Notes: generated by a model not told the origin, from the sequence alone. A DNA stretch of 64,000 nt from Dehalococcoidia bacterium (GCA_965207275.1 CBDBMH010000002.1:465291-529290), one strand, 5' to 3'; shown: positions 26,932-35,246, numbered from the stretch's first letter. A program made the numbers and translations.

Positions 26932-27108
26932 TCAGGCCGCCAGCTTCCTTTCGGCAGCTTCCGTCAACGGCTCCAGCGTGGGACCCAGGTCAATAATGCG
27001 GCCACACTGCAAACACTTGCGGAAATACCCGTCAAAGTCCCGGTCCTGGACCATATCGCCCCCGCACCGGGCGCAAGATTTGAAGAAGAACCTGGCATTG
27101 TTTTTCAT
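26932..27108 (-). CDS. small zinc-ribbon protein (58 aa), absent from the ORF track
   Basis: My translation is MKNNARFFFKSCARCGGDMVQDRDFDGYFRKCLQCGRIIDLGPTLEPLTEAAERKLAA*. It carries two CxxC pairs. GGAAAGGA lies upstream, and the gene is divergent from the JAMM gene across an AT-rich spacer. Confidence 0.5.
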   Translation of the reverse strand: MKNNARFFFKSCARCGGDMVQDRDFDGYFRKCLQCGRIIDLGPTLEPLTEAAERKLAA

Positions 27109-27357
27109 AACCGCAGCTTTCCTTTCCCTACTATAGGGTTTGCGTGATTCTCACCGTCGATTGTTACGTCCAAATCCCTTTCCAAGATTCATTCTGGTAG
27201 CTTATTTGGAGTCACGCGACGATTATGATTCCTAATTATATTAACGCCAGCATTGGTTTGCCAGAGTTTATAAACAAATTTTCATAAAGTTTAGTCCCTT
27301 GCCCGTCAGTCCCAACTCAAGACGCCGGCGCAGGTGTCTGTCTTTATCGGAGGAACC

Positions 27358-27864
27358 ATGCCCCCAGCGCCCGAGAGCCAGCCTTCCATTCAGCCGGTAT
27401 TCATAGACCGGTCCCTGCTGGATGCCATCTACCGGCAGGCCCGCGCCAGCTTCCCCAACGAATGCTGTGGCTGGCTGGCCGGTCCCCGGACGGCTAACGC
27501 CGCCACCGACATCCACCCCTGCGTCAACGACCAGGATTCCGGCAACCATCCCACCGTCGCGGATCGCACCGCTGAACGTGCCTACGTCTTCAGCGCCACC
27601 GACCTGCTGGAGCTCAACCGCACCCTGGACGGCGACTACCCTCCCCGGGTCATCTACCACTCCCACCCCAACGGCCAGGCCTACTTCTCCCCTACCGATC
27701 GCCAGGTAGCCGCCAGCCCCTGGGGCGACGGTCCCGCCTATCCCGTACAGCAACTGGTGGTCGGCATCGACGAACACAGGGTGGTGGAAGCGGCCCTTTT
27801 CGCCTGGTCCGACGATGAGGACGGCTTCGTGGAACTGCTCCGCTACGAGGGAGCTGCGCTGTAG
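27358..27864 (+). CDS. JAMM/MPN+ (Mov34) metalloprotease
   Basis: 'ECCGWLAG' (catalytic Glu context) and 'HSHPNGQAYFSPTD' (HxHx7Sx2D JAMM motif). ATG 27358 is preceded by GGAGGA. Confidence 0.8.
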   Translation: MPPAPESQPSIQPVFIDRSLLDAIYRQARASFPNECCGWLAGPRTANAATDIHPCVNDQDSGNHPTVADRTAERAYVFSATDLLELNRTLDGDYPPRVIYHSHPNGQAYFSPTDRQVAASPWGDGPAYPVQQLVVGIDEHRVVEAALFAWSDDEDGFVELLRYEGAAL

Positions 27865-28157
27865 CACCTTCTCAGCTCTTCAAAGTCCTTGCGCAGAAGA
27901 CGTGGGGCAACCCCTACTGACGGTGGCTTCGTGATGGCGTTCGGGTCATCGATGGAGGCGTGGGGCCGAACCGTCGTTCTCCCGAAGGCTGGTACCTCCA
28001 ACCTGGGGCAAACGGGTTCCCGCCTCCGCTGAAAGATTAAGCTGATGCGTTCCACCATATCCAATTAACCGGGAACAGCCGCCCCGACCATTTAAGGCCG
28101 GGGTGTTTTGCTATAGAATCCCCACTGAAATTTCAAGCTGGTGAACGGAGGGTGCTT

Positions 28158-29168
28158 ATGACCGCATATCAGCCCCAGCGCATCGACTCCCATGCGCATA
28201 TCGTCCCGCCAGAACTGATCGACGAAGCCCGGAGGTCCGGCGCCACCCTGGGCGTTACCGTTGAGGACACGGACCGGGGACCGGCCCTGCAGTTTGAAGG
28301 CCTGGTCCACCTACGCCCCATCGGCGGCCTGGCCCATTTGGAACCCCGCCTGGAATGGATGGACCAACAGGGGCTGACCCTTCAGATTCTCGGCTCCTGG
28401 CTAGACATCCAGGGCTATACCCTCTCCCCCGGCAATGCCGCTACCTGGGCCCGGCTCTTCAACGAACACCTGGCCGAATTGGTGGGGACCCACCCGGGCC
28501 GCTTTGCCGCTCTGGCTACCGTGCCCGTGCAGGACGGCGCCCTGGCCGCCCGGGAGCTGGAGTACGCCGTCGACGAACTGGGCATGCTGGGGGTAACGCT
28601 GGCCGCCGACCCTGCGGAACAGGACCTGGCCAGGGACAGTTTCGAACCCCTGTGGGACGCCGCCGAAGCCCTGGACGTCCCCATAGTTATGCACCCGCCT
28701 ACCCACGGCTTTGGCGCCAGCATCCGCCCGTCCTACCTGGCCTTTTCCCTGGGCCGCACCCTGGACACCACCATCACCACCGCCAAGCTCATCCTTGGAG
28801 GCCTGTTTGACCGCCACCCGGATCTCAAAATGATGCTGGTCCACGGGGGCGGGTATCTCCCTTACCAGGCAGCCCGCATTGACGACGGTTACCTGGGCGG
28901 AAACGGCCGTCCGGTGGAATTGCGGCGCGACCGGCCCTCTGACTACCTGCCCCTGCTTTACTACGATAACGTGGCCGTGTCTGCCCCGGCCCTGCGCCTG
29001 ATGCGCGACATAGCCGGCGCTGACCACCTGCTGCTGGGCTCCGACTACGTTTTCGCCGGTTCGAGATCGCCCATTGCCGCCAATATCGAGAATGCGGGTT
29101 TTGCTGCCGAGCACGTGGACCTGATCTGTTGCGGCAACGCCCAACGATTGTTCCTGAACGAAGAATAG
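28158..29168 (+). CDS. amidohydrolase-2 family enzyme (ACMSD/LigW-type decarboxylase/hydratase)
   Basis: 'RIDSHAHIVP' (HxH metal site), 'PIVMHP' and 'LLLGSDY' fit the amidohydrolase_2 pattern. Confidence 0.8.
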   Translation: MTAYQPQRIDSHAHIVPPELIDEARRSGATLGVTVEDTDRGPALQFEGLVHLRPIGGLAHLEPRLEWMDQQGLTLQILGSWLDIQGYTLSPGNAATWARLFNEHLAELVGTHPGRFAALATVPVQDGALAARELEYAVDELGMLGVTLAADPAEQDLARDSFEPLWDAAEALDVPIVMHPPTHGFGASIRPSYLAFSLGRTLDTTITTAKLILGGLFDRHPDLKMMLVHGGGYLPYQAARIDDGYLGGNGRPVELRRDRPSDYLPLLYYDNVAVSAPALRLMRDIAGADHLLLGSDYVFAGSRSPIAANIENAGFAAEHVDLICCGNAQRLFLNEE

Positions 29169-29207
29169 CCCAAAACCATATCTCGCAAGTCGCGGAGGAC
29201 AAGTCCC

Positions 29208-30020
29208 ATGATGATAATCGACACTCACAGCCACGCCGGGGTCAACTGGTTTGAGCCGGTGGAGACCACCCTCCACCAGATGAACGTGAACGGCGTTCAG
29301 AAGACCGCGCTAATCCAGCACGCGGGCAACTACCACAACGACTATTTGTTGGAGTGTGTCAAGCGTTTCCCGGGCCGCTTTGGCGCCGTGGTCTGGGTGG
29401 ACGTGACCGACCCCAACGCCCCGGATACCTTGGAGAGTTTGGCCCAGCATGAAGAGGTTATCGCGGTGCGGTTGCACCCTTACGAACGCTCTCCTGGACC
29501 CGACCCCCTGGCCATCTGGCGCAAGGCCTCCGACCTCCGGCTACCCGTGAGTTGTTACGCTCGCAGCGCGGCCCAGGCGGCTGAACCGGGGTTCCAGGCC
29601 ATCGTGGAGCAGTTCCCCAACCTGACCGTCATCCTCGAGCACTTGGCCGGAGCGTACCGGCCCCAGAGTCCGGAGTCCGTCACGCCGCCATACGAACACT
29701 ACCGGGCGGCGCTTACCCTGGCTCGTTTCCCCAACACTTTCATCAAATTCGGCGGCCTGGGTGAGTTCTGCGTCCGTCCCCGTCCCCTGGCAGCCCACTT
29801 TATGTTTGATGAGGTACCCCCTCTGGTGGACATGGCCTACGAGGCCTTTGGCCCGGAGCGGATGATGTGGGGCAGCGACTTCCCCCCGGTAGGTGGCCGG
29901 GAAGGCTACCGTAACTCCCTGGAAGCCCTGAAAGAGTATCCCTGTTTCAAGAACCAGGATGAAAGGGAGTGGGTATTCGGCAAATCCGCCCGGGCCGCCT
30001 TCCGCTGGCCGCAGCCGTAA
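29208..30020 (+). CDS. amidohydrolase-2 family enzyme
   Basis: 'MMIIDTHSHAG', 'ILEHLAG' and 'MMWGSDFP'. GGAGGA lies upstream. Confidence 0.8.
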   Translation: MMIIDTHSHAGVNWFEPVETTLHQMNVNGVQKTALIQHAGNYHNDYLLECVKRFPGRFGAVVWVDVTDPNAPDTLESLAQHEEVIAVRLHPYERSPGPDPLAIWRKASDLRLPVSCYARSAAQAAEPGFQAIVEQFPNLTVILEHLAGAYRPQSPESVTPPYEHYRAALTLARFPNTFIKFGGLGEFCVRPRPLAAHFMFDEVPPLVDMAYEAFGPERMMWGSDFPPVGGREGYRNSLEALKEYPCFKNQDEREWVFGKSARAAFRWPQP

Positions 30021-30269
30021 CGCCGCAGCAGAATGGAATGTTTGTCGAGTCTGTCGTTAAAAGGAATGCGAGAGTCTCCCTGCGCTCCTGTTCGTCGTTC
30101 CCTTCCCACGCGGCAGAGCGAGAACCCCGCTACCTTTTTTGTCCGGTTGCTGGCAAGGCTACCGTCCGGGAACACGCGCTGCATTGACCGAAATTCACTA
30201 TGGAAAAACATGCTGAGGAACGTTTTTCATTATCGAAAAAAGGAATACAAAATCGGATACCCCATAGTA

Positions 30270-30298
30270 TTGACAAATAAAAACGCAACCTTTATCGT
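30270..30298 (+). promoter_or_regulatory. candidate sigma70-type promoter for the RdhA-like gene
   Basis: TTGACA (30270-30275), a 17-bp spacer, then TATCGT (30293-30298), in an AT-rich spacer. A 7-bp inverted repeat GAAAAAC/GTTTTTC lies about 45 bp upstream. Confidence 0.4.
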
Positions 30299-30349
30299 TA
30301 GCCCCAAGACTTGACCGTAGGTTCAAGACAATCAAAGGGAGGAGTAGCT

Positions 30350-31621
30350 ATGCTCAAAATCGGACATGAGGTTGTTCGACCCGGCAAGAACGTGGGCGAC
30401 GCCCCCGTAACTATCCCCGTACCCGAAGAACTGGAAACCGTTCCTGGTATTCCCAAGGTTCAGCGTGAAGTCGACTGGTACGCACGGGAATATCCAGTGG
30501 AGACCATGAATATCACCGAGCGCGCTTCCCGCGACTGGGCCAACGCCATTCGCGACCAGCACGTCGAAATGCGTGAGATCCGCAAGGAGCATGACAAGCT
30601 CAACCGCTCCCTGATCATGGGCGCCCGCCTCACCGGCGATCTCGAGCCCAGCGCTGAGCCCACCGGCGAAGATGTCAGCGAACTGATCAAGGCCAAGGCC
30701 CGTGAACTGGGTTACGTCGAAGTCGGAATCACCGCTTACGACCCCCATTACACGTACCAGAGCAAGAAGGACTGGGTGAAATTCCCCCACGTCGTCTGCC
30801 TGGCCTACGAGCAGGACTTCGAGCCCACCCAGACCATCCCCAGCGTTGACGCCGAGATCGTGCACTCCAGCACCTATCGGACCGAAGGCGCTGCCGGCCT
30901 GGAGCTCGGCAACTATATCCGCAGCCTTGGCTACCGCGCCCAGGTTCACAGTCCCAACGACAACACCGGCCCTTACATTCCCATGTTCGTGTCTGCCGGT
31001 ACCGGCCAGTTGGGCGCTTGCGGCTACCTGCTGACCCCCCACGTCGGCTCCCGCTGCCGCATCATGATGATCACCACCGACGCCAACGTCACTTATGATC
31101 AGCCGGTGGACTACGGCATCCACGCCTTCTGCCAGGTGTGCCAGGTCTGCGTGAACCGCTGCCCGGGCCGCGCCCTGATGCGCGACAAGATCTGGTGGCG
31201 GGGAATTGAGAAGAACAAGCTCTACTTCAAGCGCTGCCGCCCCGTCATGGCCCGCTACCTGGGCTGCGGCATCTGCATGAAGGTTTGCCCCATCCAGAAG
31301 TACGGCCTCCAGAACGTCATGGAGCACTATGCCGAGACCGGTCAGGTACTGGGCAAGGGCACCCACGACCTCGAAGGTTACACCCTGGAAGGCAAGGGCT
31401 ACTTCGGCCCCGGCGAAATGCCGGTCTTCGATGCCGGTTTCTTCGAAATGCCTCAGGGCGACACCGAAGAGTGGGCTTTCACCGAGTTCAAGAAGGAAGC
31501 CATGGCCAACGGCGGAACCATCACCGACGACATGATCGAGAAGTTCCGCACCGAGGTCGCCCGTGGTCTGTCCCAGAGCCGGGACAACATGGGCATGATG
31601 GAGGAAGAGGACTACATCTAG
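30350..31621 (+). CDS. reductive dehalogenase / epoxyqueuosine-reductase superfamily Fe-S protein (cytoplasmic RdhA-like)
   Basis: Two Fe-S motifs in RdhA arrangement: 'CQVCQVCVNRCP' (CxxCxxCxxxCP) and 'CGICMKVCP' (CxxCxxxCP). They are preceded by 'GQLGACGYLLTPHVGSRCRIMMITTD'. I see no twin-arginine signal and no adjacent rdhB-like anchor. ATG 30350 follows GGGAGGAG. Confidence 0.7.
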   Translation: MLKIGHEVVRPGKNVGDAPVTIPVPEELETVPGIPKVQREVDWYAREYPVETMNITERASRDWANAIRDQHVEMREIRKEHDKLNRSLIMGARLTGDLEPSAEPTGEDVSELIKAKARELGYVEVGITAYDPHYTYQSKKDWVKFPHVVCLAYEQDFEPTQTIPSVDAEIVHSSTYRTEGAAGLELGNYIRSLGYRAQVHSPNDNTGPYIPMFVSAGTGQLGACGYLLTPHVGSRCRIMMITTDANVTYDQPVDYGIHAFCQVCQVCVNRCPGRALMRDKIWWRGIEKNKLYFKRCRPVMARYLGCGICMKVCPIQKYGLQNVMEHYAETGQVLGKGTHDLEGYTLEGKGYFGPGEMPVFDAGFFEMPQGDTEEWAFTEFKKEAMANGGTITDDMIEKFRTEVARGLSQSRDNMGMMEEEDYI

Positions 31622-31650
31622 TCCCCATACTTCACTCAACCAAGGCAATC

Positions 31651-31684
31651 AGGGCCGGTGGATTCTTCCACCGGCCCTTTTCTT
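31651..31684 (+). terminator. rho-independent terminator
   Basis: AGGGCCGGTGGA-ttct-TCCACCGGCCCT forms a 12-bp perfect stem and is followed by TTTCTT. Confidence 0.8.
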
Positions 31685-31755
31685 AGTGCCTTCAACTTCC
31701 TTCTTCGCTCAGGGCAACCACCTCCTTGCTTCCGCTGCACACCCAATCGAGGAGT

Positions 31756-31796
31756 CATGCCGCCCTGAGCCTGCCGAGGGGCCTCAAGTCCTTCCC
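31756..31796 (+). repeat. family-2 repeat (CATGyCGCCCTGAGyC...GAAGGGCCTGAArTCyTGCCC type)
   Basis: CATGCCGCCCTGAGCCTGCCGAGGGGCCTCAAGTCCTTCCC. Confidence 0.75.
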
Positions 31797-32096
31797 TTCA
31801 ACCCGATATGGGCGCCAGTCAGAGAACCAGGAACATGTCCAACTTCAGCCCCAAGAGTATAAAGATATCACCACGTCTCCCGTCTTCTCTCGTTCCTTGC
31901 AGGGCAATCGTGCTTTAATAGGGAATTACATACTTCACTTGACGAATCAAGCTGACTGCTGATAGAATCAGCCCATCTAAACGCAACACCCGCTGCGCTA
32001 ACAGCGGGCGAGCGCGGAACCGTAACGCAACTATGGAGGCGGTTCCTCTGTCCAGGACGGGTTGATGGTATCAGCCTGTCTCGGCCATTGGCAATA

Positions 32097-32130
32097 CCTC
32101 CGGCGACGGTTTCGCGCCGGAGGATTTTTG
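32097..32130 (+). promoter_or_regulatory. hairpin with U-tract that also sequesters the SD of the small ORF
   Basis: CCTCCGGCG-(9 nt)-CGCCGGAGG followed by ATTTTTG, then ATG at 32131. The 3' arm contains GGAGG 7 nt from the ATG. Confidence 0.5.
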
Positions 32131-32277
32131 ATGGCAAGGACACGAAGCCGCAACCGGATTAAACAGGCATACACGGCAGCAAAGAGGACGGGCAATCTCC
32201 CAGGCCGCAAGGGTTGGGGCCAAGTGAAGGCCGCCTACCGGAAGTTGGCAGGGGATTCGCCACGCCGGGGCAGGTAA
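32131..32277 (+). CDS. small Arg/Lys-rich protein (48 aa), hypothetical
   Basis: MARTRSRNRIKQAYTAAKRTGNLPGRKGWGQVKAAYRKLAGDSPRRGR*. Its stop lies 3 nt before the MTase ATG. I recognise no family. Confidence 0.3.
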   Translation: MARTRSRNRIKQAYTAAKRTGNLPGRKGWGQVKAAYRKLAGDSPRRGR

Positions 32278-32280
32278 CAC

Positions 32281-34098
32281 ATGAGCAGGTTGAACGTATC
32301 GAACCGCACGTTGGCGATTATGGACAACCTGGCCTTCCTACGGTCCTTGAACAACGAGTGCATCGACCTGATTGCCATAGACCCGCCTTTCGCGGCAAAT
32401 GAGACCTTTACCAGCAGGCCCCGTCCGCCCATCAGCAGGAAGGAACTTGCCGAGGAAAAGGCCCTGGCCAAGTCTCACAAGGCGGCCCACAACGAAGGCA
32501 TAGGGGAATCCAGGGTCAAGGACTACTGGAACTGGGATGATGACGTTCACCCGGACTGGAAGGCCCGCATAGAAGATGATTACCCCAGAGTCTTTGCGGT
32601 GGTTCAGGCGGTCGAGGCTTGCGCCACGGAGAACGAGGCCGCCTACATCTGCTTCATGGCTACCCGGCTGATTGAGTGCCGGCGGGTCTTGAAGACTACG
32701 GGCAGCATCTACGTTCACTGCGATCATCACGCCAATAGCTACCTTCGGATGCTGCTGGATGCCATCTTCGGGGCGGAGAACTTCCGCAGCGCCATCACCT
32801 GGCGGCGGGCCACATCCCACAATGACGCGAAGGGTTACGGAAACATTACCGATACGCTGCTTTACTACTCGGTGTCCTCGGAATACGCCTGGAACGGGCA
32901 GGAAATCACCCAGCCCAAGACCGAGGAACAGTTGAAATCTGCCTATCCGCAAAAAGACGAAAACGGACCGGTCAGGTTCTCCGACCTGACCGGTGCCGGT
33001 GCCACCGACGGAGAGTCCGGGCAACCGTGGAAGGGCTATGACGTGGCTGCCAGGGGGCGTCATTGGGCGCCGCCAAAATCATCCGCCTATGCCTACTGGA
33101 TAGAGGAGCGATTCATCCCCGGTTACACCAGCTTGAGCAGCGTCCACGAGCGCCTTGACGCACTGGATGATGCTGGCCTGATTACCCACCCCAAGAAGGG
33201 CGTTTGGCCGGGGCTGAAACGATATGCTGCTGCCGACAAGGGGAATCCGCCGCAGAACCTGATCCTGGACCCTACCGGATTCACCAACTACAGCACCGGC
33301 GGCGGGGAGTTCGTCGGCTACTCTACCCAGAAGCCCCTGGCCCTCTATGAGCGGCTGATAAAGGCCAGCAGCAACCCCGGGGACGTGGTACTGGACATCT
33401 TCGCCGGTTGCGCCACCACTGCGGTTGCCGCTGAGAGCCTGAAGCGCAAGTGGATAGCTTGCGACATGGCCTATCGCTCCTGGACTATGCTCAAGCGACG
33501 GTTCTACCTGAATGGCTTTGCGCTGTCTGATATGACCGACTCCACGCGGGCGGTGCTGGGAGAGCATCAGACCAAGATGCAGCAGGCCCGGTCAAAGACC
33601 ATTGGCCCCAATGCCTTGCCCAAGCGCACCGACAAAGACCCTGCCCCTTTTCACCCTCTGGAGCAAGGACGGCGGGGAAGGCGCACTACCCAATCAGCCA
33701 GTTGGTCAGGGAGAATCCCAAAAGAGGAAGCTAAGAAGCTGCTGATTGAGCGGTTCGGCCCGGTCTGCTGGGGTTGCGGCTACGAACCGCGCCGGCCAAA
33801 TGGGAGCCTGGACGATACCCTGCTGGAAGTGGACCATATCCGCGCCCGGCGGTCCACCGAGGGAGCACAGGGGAACGATGAACTGTACAATTTGGCCCTG
33901 CTTCACCGGACCTGTAACGGAATCAAGCGGAACAAGCTGACCCTGGAAGAGTTGCGGAACGACAACGCGCTGAACGGGCGGCTGTACGTGGGTGGTTTGA
34001 CCGACTTGGTGGACCTGTACCTTGCACAGCAGTTTGCCCAGGAACAGATAGCGGCCCACGTCTTGAGACATGGGGTGCAACAGCCGATGGCGGTCTAA
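32281..34098 (+). CDS. N4/N6 DNA methyltransferase fused to a C-terminal HNH nuclease domain
   Basis: Motif IV 'LIAIDPPFAANETF' precedes motif I 'VLDIFAGCATTAVAAE', the beta-class order of the N6_N4_Mtase type. The C-terminal ~110 aa read 'CWGCGYEP...LEVDHIRARR...NLALLHRTCNGIKRNK', which is an HNH pattern. Confidence 0.85.
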   Translation: MSRLNVSNRTLAIMDNLAFLRSLNNECIDLIAIDPPFAANETFTSRPRPPISRKELAEEKALAKSHKAAHNEGIGESRVKDYWNWDDDVHPDWKARIEDDYPRVFAVVQAVEACATENEAAYICFMATRLIECRRVLKTTGSIYVHCDHHANSYLRMLLDAIFGAENFRSAITWRRATSHNDAKGYGNITDTLLYYSVSSEYAWNGQEITQPKTEEQLKSAYPQKDENGPVRFSDLTGAGATDGESGQPWKGYDVAARGRHWAPPKSSAYAYWIEERFIPGYTSLSSVHERLDALDDAGLITHPKKGVWPGLKRYAAADKGNPPQNLILDPTGFTNYSTGGGEFVGYSTQKPLALYERLIKASSNPGDVVLDIFAGCATTAVAAESLKRKWIACDMAYRSWTMLKRRFYLNGFALSDMTDSTRAVLGEHQTKMQQARSKTIGPNALPKRTDKDPAPFHPLEQGRRGRRTTQSASWSGRIPKEEAKKLLIERFGPVCWGCGYEPRRPNGSLDDTLLEVDHIRARRSTEGAQGNDELYNLALLHRTCNGIKRNKLTLEELRNDNALNGRLYVGGLTDLVDLYLAQQFAQEQIAAHVLRHGVQQPMAV

Positions 34099-35042
34099 CC
34101 TGCGTGGATGGCGAACACAGGGGCGGTCAGGTCCGCGTACCGGAGCCGCTTGCCGATGCAACCGCGCATCAGGGCCGCCATTTGGCTGAGAGTGTCGGCG
34201 GGCCGGTTGTTGTGGCGGCCCTCGAACTCATTGACGTAGCGCCCCAAGTGCTTGCCGCTCATCCAGTGGTAAATCCCGATGTAGCCGCGCTTGAGCATGG
34301 ACCAGAAGGATTCCATCCCGTTGGTATGGGCCATGTCCCTGACATACTCCCCAACGCTGTGCTTGACTGTTTCGTGGCGGCGGGGAAGGCCGGTGTACGC
34401 CGTGGCTTCGTCGGTGTAGACGATGGCCGTCGGTTCGGTCTTGCGCTGGACGATACCCTGGAGTGTGGATTTGTCGGTCTTTTCGACAACCTCGGCGTCA
34501 ACCTGGTTAGTCTCCCGGTCTTTGACACCGGCGACGGCGGTCTTCCCGACAGTACCACGCCCCGCCTTGAGTTTCTTGGATTCGTGCTTGTTCTTTTCCA
34601 GCCCGCCGATATAGGTCTCATCGGCTTCCACCGGCCCACTGAACACCGGATCGCCGCCGTCCATCGCTTCGCGGATCCGGTGGGCCAGGAACCAGGCGGA
34701 CTTTTGAGTAATACCCAAATCCCGGTGAAGTTTCATGGAGCTTACGCCCTTGAGATTGGTCAAAATCTGGTAGAAGGCAATGGCCCACTTGCGGAGGGGA
34801 ATATGGGAGGATTCCATGACCGTGCCGAGCTTCACCGAGAAGTAGGCGCGGCAATCGGAACACCAGTACGGCATTGGCTTGGCGTTGGGTACTTCGCTGG
34901 TGCGCTCACCGCCACAGCGGGCGCAAGTCCGGCCTTCCGGCCAGCGGATGGACTCGAACCAGTCGAGGGCGGTATCCTCGTCGGGGAACAGCTCCAGCAG
35001 TTCGATTATCCCGATTCCCTTGCGAAAACTCTTACCCGCCAT
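34095..35042 (-). CDS. IS1595-family transposase
   Basis: N-terminal zinc ribbon 'CARCGG...CSDCRAYFS', then a DDE region 'ETYIGG...VYTDEATAY...NGMESFWSMLKRG..H', the typical ISXO2-like layout. Confidence 0.9.
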   Translation of the reverse strand: MAGKSFRKGIGIIELLELFPDEDTALDWFESIRWPEGRTCARCGGERTSEVPNAKPMPYWCSDCRAYFSVKLGTVMESSHIPLRKWAIAFYQILTNLKGVSSMKLHRDLGITQKSAWFLAHRIREAMDGGDPVFSGPVEADETYIGGLEKNKHESKKLKAGRGTVGKTAVAGVKDRETNQVDAEVVEKTDKSTLQGIVQRKTEPTAIVYTDEATAYTGLPRRHETVKHSVGEYVRDMAHTNGMESFWSMLKRGYIGIYHWMSGKHLGRYVNEFEGRHNNRPADTLSQMAALMRGCIGKRLRYADLTAPVFAIHAG

Positions 35043-35203
35043 TGGTGCTCACCATCCCTGATTGATGGGATGATGATAGCTTATTCAGGCCGGTTTGTCA
35101 AGTGAAGTATGTAATTCCCCTTTAATAGAGGGTCATTCTGAGCGAAGCCGAAGAATCTAAACTCTAACCCACTAGCCGGGTTTTGGGCCCGCAACTGGGC
35201 TTA

Positions 35204-35246
35204 GGGGCAGGATTTCAGGCCCTTCGGCTTCGCTCAGGGCGACATG
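35204..35246 (-). repeat. family-2 repeat copy (inverted orientation)
   Basis: The plus strand reads GGGGCAGGATTTCAGGCCCTTCGGCTTCGCTCAGGGCGACATG. Confidence 0.75.

Larger units (their letters stand above)
31921..35119 (-). mobile_element. IS1595-family insertion element (3199 bp) carrying passenger genes
   Basis: Perfect 23-bp terminal inverted repeats: GGGAATTACATACTTCACTTGAC at 31921-31943 and its reverse complement at 35097-35119. It is flanked by the 8-bp direct repeat CTTTAATA (31913-31920 and 35120-35127). It contains the IS1595-type transposase plus a small ORF and an MTase-HNH gene. Confidence 0.9.

Noticed and set aside
26351-26932. 193-aa minus-strand ORF.
   Set aside because: It is antisense to the phosphatase gene, which has an unmistakable HCX5R loop, and it has no motifs of its own.
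27268-27867. 199-aa minus-strand ORF opposite the JAMM gene.
   Set aside because: It is a shadow ORF. The plus strand carries the complete JAMM motif set and a proper SD.
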